Assembly: GCF_031769215.1 (NCBI RefSeq) | Contig: NW_026781985.1 | Span: 620,001-684,000 of the forward strand | Origin: Ylistrum balloti | Lineage: Eukaryota | Direction of reading: 5' to 3' | Length of the DNA: 64,000 nt | Part shown: positions 52,561-64,000 of the stretch, piece after piece | Layout of the letters: each line of letters begins with the position of its first letter | Position numbering within the stretch: the stretch's first letter is position 1 | The notes under the pieces: generated by a model | Databases searched by the model: none | Seen by the model: the letters and a program-made list of their open reading frames with translations, nothing else | Told to the model about the DNA's origin: nothing | Program-made: the position numbers and the translations under genes

Positions 52561-53067
52561 GTGTTAAAGGTTTTTGAGAGTATTGGATAGCCAAAATAAT
52601 ATACTGACATGCAATTCACACTGGTTATAAAAGGCACACTCTGATAGCAAGGTAGGTTCCTACAGTTATCTACACAGGTTGCATTTGTTCTGTTTTTGCT
52701 GATGAAATGAAGTCCATTGTCTACTGTACATTCAGTAAAACACTCGAACACGAGACAGTGTACCGTTTCTATCATTGGCACAGTGTATCGATGTAAAGAA
52801 TAAAAGTTTTACAAAGGTACAAAGAGATCATGCAAAATGTAGATATCAATTACATATGATAAATAAACTTTGTTTGATTTTGATTCAGTAAAAATAAAAA
52901 GGTCCAAAGAGAAAAATCACTAAAAATAAAGAAAAAAAAATAAAATGAAAAAATTAAAAAAAAAAAAAAAAAAAACAACTTTAGTGCAGGAGTTGAAAAT
53001 ACAGACAAAAAAAATTTTTAAATACAGACAAAATATCGGAAAAGTTGGCCATATAAGTCCAACTCAC

Positions 53068-53137
53068 CCTGGTCTCGGTGCGCGGTCTCGTCAAGGAGCG
53101 GACTTGAGATAATTAAGGGCCATCATTCCACCGACAC
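53068..53137 (-). CDS. TIA1: Candidate alternative TIA-1 cassette exon (GVGGMMALNYLKSAP*)
   Basis: Acceptor atttccctatctctcag|, donor CAGG|gtgagt; phase 1, open to TGA at 53091-53093; GC-rich island in AT-rich intron. Confidence 0.55.
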
Positions 53138-53171
53138 CTGAGAGATAGGGAAATACTACCTAAAGCCTTCT

Positions 53172-54195
53172 GTCAACATGTCCTCACATCAACGTGATGT
53201 CAACATATCCTCACATCAATGTGGTGATGTCAACATGTCCTAACATCAACATGTCCTCACATCAATGTGTTGATGTCAACATGTCCTCACATCAATGTGA
53301 TGTCAACATATCCTCAGATCAACGTGCTGATGTCAACATGTCCTCACATCAATGTATTGATGTCAACATGTCCTCACATCAATGTGTTGATGTCAACATG
53401 TCCTCACATTAATGTGATGTCAACATATCCTCAGATTAACGTGTTGATGTCAACATGTCCTCACATCAACATGCTGATGTCAACAAGTCCTCACATCAAC
53501 ATGCTGATGTCAACATGCCCTCACATTAACGTAGTGATGTCAACATATCCTCAGATCAACGTGTTGATGTCAACATGTCCTCACATCAATGTGATGGCAA
53601 CATATTCTCACATCAACGTGCTGATGTCAACATGTCCTCACATCAGCATGGTGATGTCAACATGTCCTCACATTAACATAGTGATGTCAACATATTCTCA
53701 GATCAACGTGTTGATGTCAACATGTCCTCACATCAATGTGATGGCAACATATTCTCACATCAACGTGCTGATGTCAACATGCCCTCACATTAACGTAGTG
53801 ATGTCAACATATCCTCAGATCAACGTGTTGATGTCAACATGTCCTCACATCAATGTGATGGCAACATATTCTCACATCAACGTGCTGATGTCAACATGTC
53901 CTCACATCAGCATGGTGATGTCAACATGTCCTCACATTAACATAGTGATGTCAACATATTCTCAGATCAACGTGTTGATGTCAACATGTCCTCACATCAA
54001 TGTGATGGCAACATATTCTCACATCAACGTGCTGATGTCAACATGTCCTCACATCAGCATGGTGATGTCAACATGTCCTTACACCAAAACGGTGACGTCA
54101 ATATGTTGTCATATCAACATGGAGATGTCAACATGTCCTCACATCAAAATGGTGATGTCAACATGTTGTCACAACATGATGACGTCAACAAAACC
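53172..54195. repeat. ~27-30 bp minisatellite
   Basis: gatgtcaacatgtcctcacatcaacgtgct; source of the spurious MSTCPHINV ORF. Confidence 0.93.
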
Positions 54196-54534
54196 TAACA
54201 ACAAAATGGCAATGTGATTGAGTAAATTTCACATTTATGTCAACACAACATCAACATATTGACAACTCAACAGCATCAGTAGTGTTAACATACACAACCT
54301 GTAGTTTACAACCTGTTAGTTTACAAGTTGTCGCCAAATATCAACATTATCACTCCAGTGTATATCAATGTATACATTTGGAACATTTTCAAACACTTAC
54401 TATTGATTATTTGAGAGACTGCAACAATGATTCTTGTTATAGTAAGCATATAACCACCAGGTAAGAAAGGCATCTTTTATCATAAAAAGAATCCAAATAT
54501 ATTCTTGACTTAAATTTTTTTTCATAAAAAAATA

Positions 54535-55020
54535 CAATGTCAATAGAATTGTATAAAAGATAATGCCCATAGAATTTTATAAAAGATAACTCCCATAGAA
54601 TTGTATAAAAGATAATGCCCATAGAATTGTATAAAAGATAACTCCCATAGAATTTTATAAAAGACAATGTCCATAGAATTGTATAAAAGATAATGCCCAT
54701 AGAATTTTATAAAAGATAACTCCCATAGAATTGTATAAAAGATAATGCCCATAGAATTGTATAAAAGATAACTCCCATAGAATTTTATAAAAGACAATGT
54801 CCATAGAATTGTATAAAAGATAATGCCCATAGAATTTTATAAAAGATAACTCCCATGGAATTTTATAAAAGACAATGTCCATAGAATTTTATAAAAGACA
54901 ATGCCCATAGACTTTAAAAAAAGATAATATCCATAGATTTTTTAAAAAGATAATGACCATAGAATTTTATAATAAAAGACAATGCACAGAATGTTTTTTA
55001 GAAGACAATGTCCATAGAGT
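54535..55020. repeat. 26 bp minisatellite
   Basis: ataaaagataatgcccatagaattgt. Confidence 0.92.
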
Positions 55021-55384
55021 TATTTTTTATCTACGACTATCTTTAGCTAACCCATCAAAAATGCTGATTTCTTGACCCCCTCTTCCCAAATATTTAAAGA
55101 TTTGTAACTAAAAAAATATCTTGCAAAAACCAGTCTTTGAAGATCTGATCTTCAATAATATCTACCACACAATAAAAAATGCTTTCTGCTTAAATGTTCC
55201 AAAAATATTGAAGAGCTGTGAATTTTGTTCATTTCATCAACAACTTGAACCAAGGTAACACATACCTGTGAGAGGTCAGGAAGGATTTAGTTTGGAAAAG
55301 ACAAAAACATCAATTAATTAAACAAAAAGCACATAAAAACACAAAACAACTGGTTAAAAATGATGCAGGAACTAAAATGACCAA

Positions 55385-55605
55385 ACACACTCAGGGGTTT
55401 CATAGCTCAAAGCCATCACATCACAGTATTGAATGAAAGACAAACACACCCAGGGGTTTCACAGATCAAATACACCCAGGGTTTTCGAAACTCAAACACA
55501 TCCAGAGGTTTCACAGCTGAAACACAACCAGAGGTTTCACAGCTGAAACACACCAAGGGGTTTCTCAGCTGAAACACACCCAGGGGTTTCACAGCTCAAA
55601 GAAAT
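55385..55605. repeat. Degenerate ~26-30 bp minisatellite
   Basis: cacacccaggggtttcacagctcaaa variants. Confidence 0.75.
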
Positions 55606-56981
55606 CACATCACAGTGGTAGAGGAAAGACAAACAAAAATCACTTCTGTTATAGTGTATTAAAGGGAAAAAGGAAAAGAAGATTATTTACTTAAATCAGA
55701 TAAAACATTGCACCTTAACTTGCAAGACAAGAAAAGTATATTCATAACATAATCAAGATTTTTCATGCAGCAACTATTAAAAAGCAACATTTGATATGTT
55801 ATTTGTGAGAATTAAATTTTGAGGAGAGTACAAAACACAAACGATTTGTCTTGCTAGTGCTTTTTGTACTGCATTACTGAACCAATGAACTGAAAACTCG
55901 ACGGTGGTATCCAACACTATCATACACCAGCTGCTTACAAAAAGCAAAAACATTCTGAAGGGTGACACCAAACCACTGTTGGAGTGGGCAATCACCCTGT
56001 CCTACAAGTTAGTGATACACAAACCACATATATATTACCCAGCATGCACATGTCCCTTCCCACAATGCTAAGCATCCATCTTATCTGTATTTAATTTTCA
56101 TGAAATACACAAGAAGGTGTCTTCCCCTATGTTTTTGTAGGTACATTTAATCAATAATCTCTGTGTAGTCTAGCAAATGTTTATCTTTGTATATTTTTTT
56201 CCAATTAGTTATAAGCATACAACTCCCACCCTTATCCTCTATCTACCAGTATTCTTTTATGAAATCGGATATTTTAATCTACCTTCACTGGTTTAATTCA
56301 GCAACATCATCAGCAACTATATAATTTCATTATTCTTGGAAAATGAATCAAGTTTATATTGAAAACCATCATCTCTCATGAAATTACCTGGCAAAAAGAA
56401 TCACATGTAAAAATTGTATGTAAGAAACACATGTATGTCATTAAGTTTTGGAAATAGTGACATTTGATTGTAATTTGTAAACAGTTTTTGTGCTGCAGTG
56501 ATAATTAGGTTATACTCTATATGAAGGGTAATACAGATTCAACAGGCATTCTGGCAGATATCTCCCCTGCATTTAAACAAAGAAATAAGTCAAAATATTA
56601 CAAAATTTTTTCTACAACAACTCTGTTCTATCGTTTTGTTGTATCTTATGTTATAATGCAAGGGAGATAACTAGGTTATGCCCCACCACACACGGACATA
56701 TACATATCAAAATAATAAATCTATAGACCTGTTTCCACGCCTTCATCTGAAATTCATACATAAACTCTCTTTAAAGCATTATATTACATACATCTGTTGA
56801 TAATGACAGAACATCAATCACACAGGGACCTACTTATTTTGGCTAGATACAATGGCAACTACAACAAGGACACTAATTCCTCCTCTCTCCTATCAGATAT
56901 CAAAGTTTCTGACCTATCAACCTTTGAGTGAGATCAAATACATACTAGTTTCTAACCTATCAAAAGTCCATCCACATGTTA

Positions 56982-57085
56982 AACAAGTGAGTACTGCTCA
57001 ATAATATATTGTAATGTATCACTGATAATTCATTTTAATTATCAGTGATACAATTCGATATATTATTGAGCAGTACTCACTTGTT
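56982..57085. repeat. 104 bp palindrome (28 bp + 16 bp perfect stems), MITE-like
   Basis: aacaagtgagtactgctcaataatatat / atatattattgagcagtactcacttgtt and tgtatcactgataatt / aattatcagtgataca, loop catttt. Confidence 0.9.
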
Positions 57086-57734
57086 GAAATGAAAATATGG
57101 ATTTTCTATGCAAAACAGTACAAAAAAAAGAAGAGTAAAACTTGCTATATCGTAAAGCCTTCCAACTTACACAGAAAAATGATGTATGGAACCTTCAGAC
57201 AAGACTAATTACCAAAAAGTGGAACAAAGGGCAATAATCCTCAAACATGTTTCATCCAAATTCCAGTAAGGAAAAAAGGTTGACAAAGATTGGTCGAACA
57301 AGGAAGGAAGAAGTTTCTAGAAAAGATTTGAAAATCTCTTGTGAAAAAGCTAAGCTCTAGTGTATTAAATATGCTCTAGTATGCTAAAACAATTCCATGA
57401 ATGATACGAAGAAAAAGCTGAGCACCAAGGATCATTATAGGCCCCTCAGAAAAAATTCCTCCTCACAGATAGCAAGTAAAAAATCATGCAAAATGAAAAA
57501 GAAAAAAAAAGAAAAAATACAAAAAGTAAAAATATGATTAATATAAAGGAAGAAGGAGAAATGAAAGAGAACAAGATATTGATGGTAGAGAAAAATGACA
57601 ACAGTGTCACATGTTTAAAGCCTGTGTACTCCAGGAGTGCTTTCTGAACCACTGCTGGAGTTGGTCATTAGACAGGTTTCACTGTAGCTTAATGATAACC
57701 AGGCCGTGACCAGTACACAATCTATATTATGTAC

Positions 57735-57847
57735 CTTGCTGCATTGGGTATCCCATCATGCCAGGTTGCTGGCCGTTGAATTGCTGCTGCTGGCCTGGCT
57801 GCATTTGTACCTGTCCCCACTGTTGGACAGCTGTCGGTACATTCATA
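57735..57847 (-). CDS. TIA1: TIA-1/TIAR exon, Q-rich prion-like domain
   Basis: Acceptor ggttacag| at 57848; MNVPTAVQQWGQVQMQPGQQQQFNGQQPGMMGYPMQQ; donor AAG|gtacat. Confidence 0.85.
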
Positions 57848-58129
57848 CTGTAACCATAGCAACCAATAAAAAACATATTTTAATCATAGTAACCAACATA
57901 TATCATACTATAACCATAGCAACCAATACAATCCCCATTACAACCCATACAAAGGTCACAACTGATTTCTTACATTAATCAATTAATCACTTAGAAATAT
58001 GTTTAAGCAGGTACCCTTTAAATTTTTGAGACCTTGACCTTAAATATATTTAAGATTTCAGTAAACTGTGATTATGAGTTATGATCTGGCCTCAGCTGTT
58101 CTACAGTCTCTTGACTATCTGTGCTTTAC

Positions 58130-58320
58130 CTGTATGTCTGGTAGTTGTAGCCTGCAGGCCACTGGTTGATGCCCCCAGCCTGCATGTAGCTGCCCTGTGC
58201 CATGTTCTGGTAGGCTCCGGGGAAGTAGTAGCCCATGTTGAAATAGGGGGAGTAAGAGGAGGGCGAGCTTGTGGAATACTGTTGCTGCGGACTCTGCTGG
58301 GCGGGACTGTTCTGTGTGGG
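58130..58320 (-). CDS. TIA1: TIA-1/TIAR exon, Q/Y/S-rich domain
   Basis: caccacag| ... AG|gtaaag, 191 bp, phase 0 to 2; PTQNSPAQQSPQQQY...GYNYQTY. Confidence 0.88.
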
Positions 58321-58604
58321 CTGTGGTGACAAGTAATATAAAATCATTCTTTGATAATTACAATAATAAACATTCTCAAATTTTAATCCAAGGGTAGCAT
58401 TATACTTCAAACAGTTTAGAACTAGAAAATGTTTAGCAAAATCAATGTATAACAGATCTGCAGAAAAAAGTTTTTTTTTTTTTTAAGTTGTCAGGTCAAA
58501 GTCTGGGTACATCTGTTCTATTCTCTTAACTGGTACTTAGAAGCCAGAAAATAGGGTCTGACAACAACTTAAATCATATCCCTGAAATTCAGCTGTCATC
58601 AAAG

Positions 58605-58720
58605 CAATTCCTCACACCATCCCCCATCATGACAACCAATAACTTGTATATTCCTCACACCATCCCCCATCATGACAGCCAATAACCAGTATATTCCTCA
58701 CACCACCCAACATCATGGCA
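58605..58720. repeat. Short tandem repeat, ~45 bp unit, 2.5 copies
   Basis: attcctcacaccatcccccatcatgaca. Confidence 0.75.
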
Positions 58721-58855
58721 GCATGTCTTGCAGATTCTGGAAGGATCTTTATTTCCTAATAGCTGGACATCACAGTTAAAAATTACATTTATATCACTTC
58801 TGAAGGAAATCAAATCCTTTGAGAGAAATGGCCTTAAATTAAATGGAAGAAGACA

Positions 58856-59040
58856 ATATTTACCAGGGGTGTGGCTGTGCCTCCACTACTATTCTGACTA
58901 ACATCAGTGTGAGGAGAAGAGATGAATATTTACCAGGGGTGTGGCTGTGCCTCCACTACTATTCTGACTAACATCAGTGTGAGGAGAAGAGATGAATATT
59001 TACCAGGGGTGTGGCTGTGCCTCCACTACTATTCTGACTA
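58856..59040. repeat. 70 bp tandem triplication spanning the exon 3' end and splice donor
   Basis: taccaggggtgtggctgtgcc... at 58861, 58931 and 59001. Confidence 0.95.
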
Positions 59041-59145
59041 GGGTCGTTGGACTCCTTCCCCCAGGAACACTTCACTTGCTGGTCATTTACCATTGTACCA
59101 TGTACTGAGCATATCGCCTGAGCAGCTGCTTCTTTTGTGGAAAAT
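59004..59145 (-). CDS. TIA1: TIA-1/TIAR exon, RRM3 C-terminal half
   Basis: atcttcag| ... CTG|gtaaat, 142 bp; FSTKEAAAQAICSVHGTMVNDQQVKCSWGKE matches the TIA-1 RRM3 pattern (…AAHAIVSVNG…VKCYWGKE). Confidence 0.93.
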
Positions 59146-59588
59146 CTGAAGATATAAAGTTTCTGATACTGATTCCCGTTAAATACAAATTTGAAGTTGA
59201 CAGTTATCATAAAATGCATATATCACTGTTTAACATTTTTATTGAGTTTCTTTAGCACATCTTACAGCAATATGAAATCCATTTGTATGTCTGTAAATAA
59301 CAGAACAACCTGATCTAAACAGGTGAGATCTTGCATCACACAGATCATCTTTTAACACAGATCTAAGATAATAGCAAAGTTTCAAAGGCATTTACTGACT
59401 GCCATTGTGATTCAAAGCTAATATCAGCACAACTTATAATCAAGGTATCATAATTTCATATCAGATTACACTACTGGGACCAATTTTTCCCTTACAGATG
59501 AATAAATTAATCAATTTCAAATTTTTAAAATTTATTTAATTAAAATCTAATGAAAGGACAATAAAAGTGATTGGAGACAAGTTGTTAC

Positions 59589-59673
59589 CTGATGAAAGCA
59601 TAGCCTTTATCTTTAAATACTCGAACCTCTTGTATAGTGCCATAGCTGCTGAACGTTTGACGTATAAGATCTT
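59589..59673 (-). CDS. TIA1: TIA-1/TIAR exon, RRM3 including RNP1
   Basis: tttgcag| ... AG|gtaaca, 85 bp; [29 protein letters not shown]. The upstream exons were not found and probably lie beyond 64000. Confidence 0.93.
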
Positions 59674-59794
59674 CTGCAAACCAAAAATCTTAATTACAAA
59701 TCAGAAACATCAGTGTTGTTTCTTCTTATTTAAAGGTTTATTAACATACTTTGATAGAAAAACAACAAGTATAAGTATTCACCAATAACAGTCA

Positions 59795-60098
59795 CCATTC
59801 CCCATAACACATACAAACAGAGTAATCATTCCCCATATTTCCCATAACACATACAAACAGAGTAATCATTCCCCATAACACATACAAACAGAGTAATCAT
59901 TCCCCATAACACATACAAACAGAGTAATCATTCCCCATATTTCCCATAACACATACAAACAGAGTAATCATTCCCCATAACACATACAAACAGAGTAATC
60001 ATTCCCCATATTTCCCATAACACATACAAACAGAGTAATCATTCCCCATAACACATACAGAGTAAGCATTCCCCATAACACATACAAACAGAGTAATC
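59795..60098. repeat. 31 bp minisatellite
   Basis: ttccccataacacatacaaacagagtaatca. Confidence 0.9.
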
Positions 60099-61607
60099 GG
60101 GAAAAGCAAATCTTAATATTTAAGCACACAACACACATTATATCCCTTATGGCCCCACTCCTTTGTCCTTAGCAGGTCAGCCAAACAATTTATGCTTCAT
60201 ACCAAATAGGGGCAGAATCTTGTCATTCCTACAAAGGAAGAATTTTAACTAATATGCTCTATTTCTCCTCGAATGGGTCAAGCCCCTCCTATCCCAAGGG
60301 GCCTAGACTTATTAAAAAATTGATTTCAATTTACTTAAGGATGTGTTAGATCAAGTTTGGGTAAAATTACATCATTTCTACAGGAGGAGGAAGGCTTTCA
60401 ATAATTTGCTCTATTTCCCAAATTTTGGCCCTGGGGGCTGAGACCCACCAATTATGCAACAATGAACCCCAAAGAATACTTCCAACAGCAGGAGTAATCA
60501 AAAACAAAAAAATAAAAAAATTCCCCCCTTTTTGGGCCTCATACATCTGGTTCCTGGGGTCCAAGCCCTACCATATAAACAAAATTTGTTCCCTTTTCCA
60601 CAAAGATGCTTCAAAATTGGTCAAAATCAACTTAGCTGGTCATGACTAGTAATAATTTGCAGAAAAAGTTGATGGATAGATGCTGGAGGCCATGCCATGG
60701 CTCATCACACCTTTGGACCAGATGAGCTAACAAGTCTTACTGTTCATTCTTCATAAAACCATTTACAGAGAGCAGCAATGATTCTAAAGCTATGGATATG
60801 ATCACCCTCAATATATTATCCACCGTGACAACATTTTGTAACTGCATAAACCACAGTTTGTATTTTAAGTCAATATATTGTCTCAGATCAGCATAATATT
60901 ATATAGAGTACAGCAGAAAAACATCTCAGTAAGACTAAGAACCAATCATGTCCTTATATGAACGGTATTGCAAATATCTGTAGATGGACAGAAGTAGGCA
61001 CAGCATAGCCTGTAGAACACAAGCCTCCACTTGAGAAAATCTAACACGGAAGCGCAGCAGACATAAAAATTCATAATGTGTACGGAAAATATCAAATAAC
61101 TGTATCATTACATGTTTGGAACACAACCAATATAACAGGGAACTGGAGACCTTCTGCCTCGTCCAACGACTCACATAACGCCCTTACTTCATTGAATATA
61201 ATGTGTCAAACGGTACAAATTATGTAGATTTCAAAAACAATTTAAGGTGCTGTCTAGGAGTGTTAGCTTGTATTTAACATAGAATTGTCTATCTCGGTTA
61301 ACACAATCTCTTCTCAGCCAGGAGTTTTTCATTGCATCCAGGCATTATAAGAATAATGGTATAGACCTAAGGGAGGACAATCTACTTCAGCCTGATGTCT
61401 ACTGATTCCAAGCCTGAACCGACGCGCTACCAGGAACCATCCAAACACTATAGGGAGATGACAAATCTTCCAGGAATGAGAAGCAGAAATGTTCCAACTG
61501 TCTGTCTTTACACGCTAGTATCATGTGACAAATTTGGGGCTAAATTATTGATTTTGATGGGAAAGAAGAACCACTTATACGTGTGTAAGTTGATGGAGAC
61601 AATCCTA

Positions 61608-62287
61608 TAGACTTCTTCCTACACAAGCCTTCTCTTACCTAGCCCTGTTTATATAGAATTCTTCCTACACCAGCCTTCTATTACCTAGCCCTGTTTATAT
61701 AGACTTCTTCCTACACAAGCCTTCTCTTACCTAGCCCTGTTTATATAGACTTCTTCCTACACCAGCCTTCTCTTACCTAGCCCTGTTTATATAGACTTCT
61801 TCCTACACCAGCCTTCTCTTACCTAGCCCTGTTTATACAAATTTCTTCCTACTCCAGCCTTCTCTTACCTAGCCCTGTTTATATAGAATTCTTCCTACAC
61901 CAGCCTTCTCTTACCTAGCCCTGTTTATATAGACTTCTTCCTACACCAGCCTTCTCTTACCTAGCCCTGTTTATATAGACTTCTTCCTACACCAGCCCTC
62001 TCTTACCTAGCCCTGTTTATACAAATTTCTTCCTACACCAGCCTTCTCTTAACTAGCCCTGTTTATACAGATTTCTTCCTACACCAGCCTTCTCTTACCT
62101 AGCCCTGTTTATACAGATTTCTTCCTACTCCAGCCTTCTCTTACCTAGCCCTGTTTACACAGATTTCTTCCTACACCAGCCTTCTCTTACCTAGCCCTGT
62201 TTATATAGACTTCTTCCTATACCAGCCTTCTCTTACCTAGCCCTGTTTATATAGACTTTTTCCTACACCAGCCTTCTCTTACCTAAC
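61608..62287. repeat. 46 bp minisatellite (~15 copies)
   Basis: cttcttcctacaccagccttctcttacctagccctgtttatataga. Confidence 0.95.
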
Positions 62288-62530
62288 CTTGTTTAAGGAA
62301 CATTTCCAACACAAATTGTTGACTTGAAACCTAGAGATATAGCCACAAGGGCATGAGTGACGTGCATCTTGGTTGCAGAAGAGAGAGTGCTGCTCTAACA
62401 GATTGCTACCAATAATGAATAAACAAAATAATGATATCAAACTAGGCAACCAGCAATCCACCTAAGATGAGATAATGGTCTACAGCAAATTTGAGGAATA
62501 CAAAAATTACAAGTATGGACTCATCCTAAA

Positions 62531-62755
62531 TTTAGTTTCTTGTATGTTTAATGTTCTATTAATAGCCGGGTCATTTAAGGATGTGCCAGGTTTGGTTGAA
62601 AGAGGAAAGGCATAGTCCACCCAAACAGAAACCACTGACCTGCGGCTAGTACCTGGCAACTGCACTAGGTAGGTCTCGAACCTGTGACCCAGTGGTGGAG
62701 TGCAAGAGATAAAGACGATTAGATGCTTTAACCACTCAGCCACTGCCGTCCCTCC
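62531..62755 (-). mobile_element. tRNA-derived SINE (V/Meta-type central domain-like)
   Basis: A box TGGCTGAGTGG (62732-62742), B box GGTTCGAGACC (62672-62682), central gtggtttct...tttcctc segment, tail ccttaaatgacc...aacattaaac. Confidence 0.8.
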
Positions 62756-62959
62756 TTATAACTCTAGTATGTTTGCTCCTAAACCTACTAGAATTATACA
62801 CAGGCAATTCCATACAACTTGGTCACAGCAAAATGAATCCATATTTATATTTGTGCTGTCACTTACTATATGAAGATTATCATAAGAAAAAGATTTTCAT
62901 AAGGATTGGATAACTATAGTCAAGTTCAAAGTCACAATTCCTTCAGCAGGGTCCACCTA

Positions 62960-63380
62960 CCTTGCGATGTCAAGGTCAATGTCACTATCAAGACTTTAGG
63001 ATGGAAATCCTTAAGCAGGGACCAGGTACCTCACAATGGCAAGGTCACCATCAAGTCTTTAGGATGGAGTTCCTAAAGCATGGTCAAGGTACTTCGCAAT
63101 GTCAAGGCCACAATGGCAAGGTCACCATCAAGTCTTCAGGATTGAGTTCCTAAAGCATGGTCAAGGTACTTTGCAATGTCAAGGCCACAATGGCAAGGTC
63201 ACCATCAAGTCTTCAGGATTGAGTTCCTAAAGCATGGTCAAGGTACTTTGCAATGTCAAGGCCACAATGGCAAGGTCACCATCAAGACTTTAGGATGGAG
63301 TTCCTAAAGCAGGGACCAGATACCTTGCGATTTCAAGGTCACTATCAAGACTTTAGGATAGAGCTCCTAAAACAGGGTCC
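62960..63380. repeat. Degenerate ~75-80 bp tandem repeat
   Basis: caaggtcaccatcaag(a/t)ct..aggat.gagttcctaaagca repeated about 5 times. Confidence 0.85.
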
Positions 63381-64000
63381 AGGTAGATATGGAGCTCCTA
63401 CATAGTTGCAAGCCAAAAAATAAAAAGCACTGAGTATACCAAAGGCAGTGTTTTTCCAATCAACATTTCAGATGTGTTAGGTACATGGTCCTCATTGTAT
63501 GAACACATGGTGCTTTCTATAAAACTTAGTTCCAACTGGATTTGGATTCCTATCTCAGATGACAAAAGCCAAGTCAGTAATGAACAGGCCTGATTTAGAG
63601 CTTCCTTACACAGGAAATTAAAATTTCCAGCATACCTCGTTCTTCTAATTCACTCGGCAGGTCGGCATGTTGGGCACACATCCGCAACAGAATCAAATTT
63701 GAGGTAAAACATGGAAACAATTAGTGTCGGGGCATGCTTCACAATAATAAATACATAACGCAATATGTGAGTAGGCTGTATTTCATTTTGTGTGTCTTGA
63801 ATGAATGTCTGGTCACAGATCCCGACAGAGACATGACACCCTGACAGAAGACGACTAACTATATTGTACAAAAGCTTTATTAAGTTCCTTTTTAATGAAA
63901 ATATCTGAAGCAGCCAAAATGAACACGTATAATCAGATTGCTGCCATCAACAGACGTATTAAACAGACTAGGAGCTTTATAAAACTCAGACTAGATAAAG

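Noticed and set aside
53194-54217. 316-aa MSTCPHINV ORF
   Set aside because: Minisatellite within the antisense TIA-1 intron.
57660-57672. Nearby acceptor giving a VKPV* tail for TIA-1
   Set aside because: It would need an intron of only ~60 bp and has a weak pyrimidine tract; no other support.

Overview
AT-rich eukaryotic (animal) genomic DNA, most likely a bivalve mollusc. The taxon is inferred from repeat families and codon/intron style, not proven. The supplied ORF track is mostly misleading because genes are spliced and most long ORFs are tandem-repeat artefacts. Supported content: (1) an uncharacterised single-coding-exon gene, ATG 14791 to stop 16287 (+, 498 aa); (2) a TTAA-flanked Kolobok-type non-autonomous transposon (22289-23178); (3) a decayed, 5'-truncated Ty3/Gypsy LTR retrotransposon on the minus strand (~25450-30180). 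It has RT, RNase H, integrase and a PHD finger and, between integrase and the polypurine tract, a large extra ORF ending in a TatD-family DNase domain. This is the most striking item. (4) A six-exon gene (+, 33161-36506, ~548 aa) whose assembled protein looks like a highly divergent USP/papain-fold cysteine protease; (5) the 3' half of a TIA-1/TIAR gene (-, 59673 down to 46968) with several candidate alternative C-termini and a triplicated splice donor; (6) a Penelope-type minimal hammerhead ribozyme relic, a tRNA-derived SINE, a LINE endonuclease fragment, fold-back elements and more than 25 distinct minisatellite arrays. All exon models were built by hand from splice signals and frame continuity; no database search was possible.
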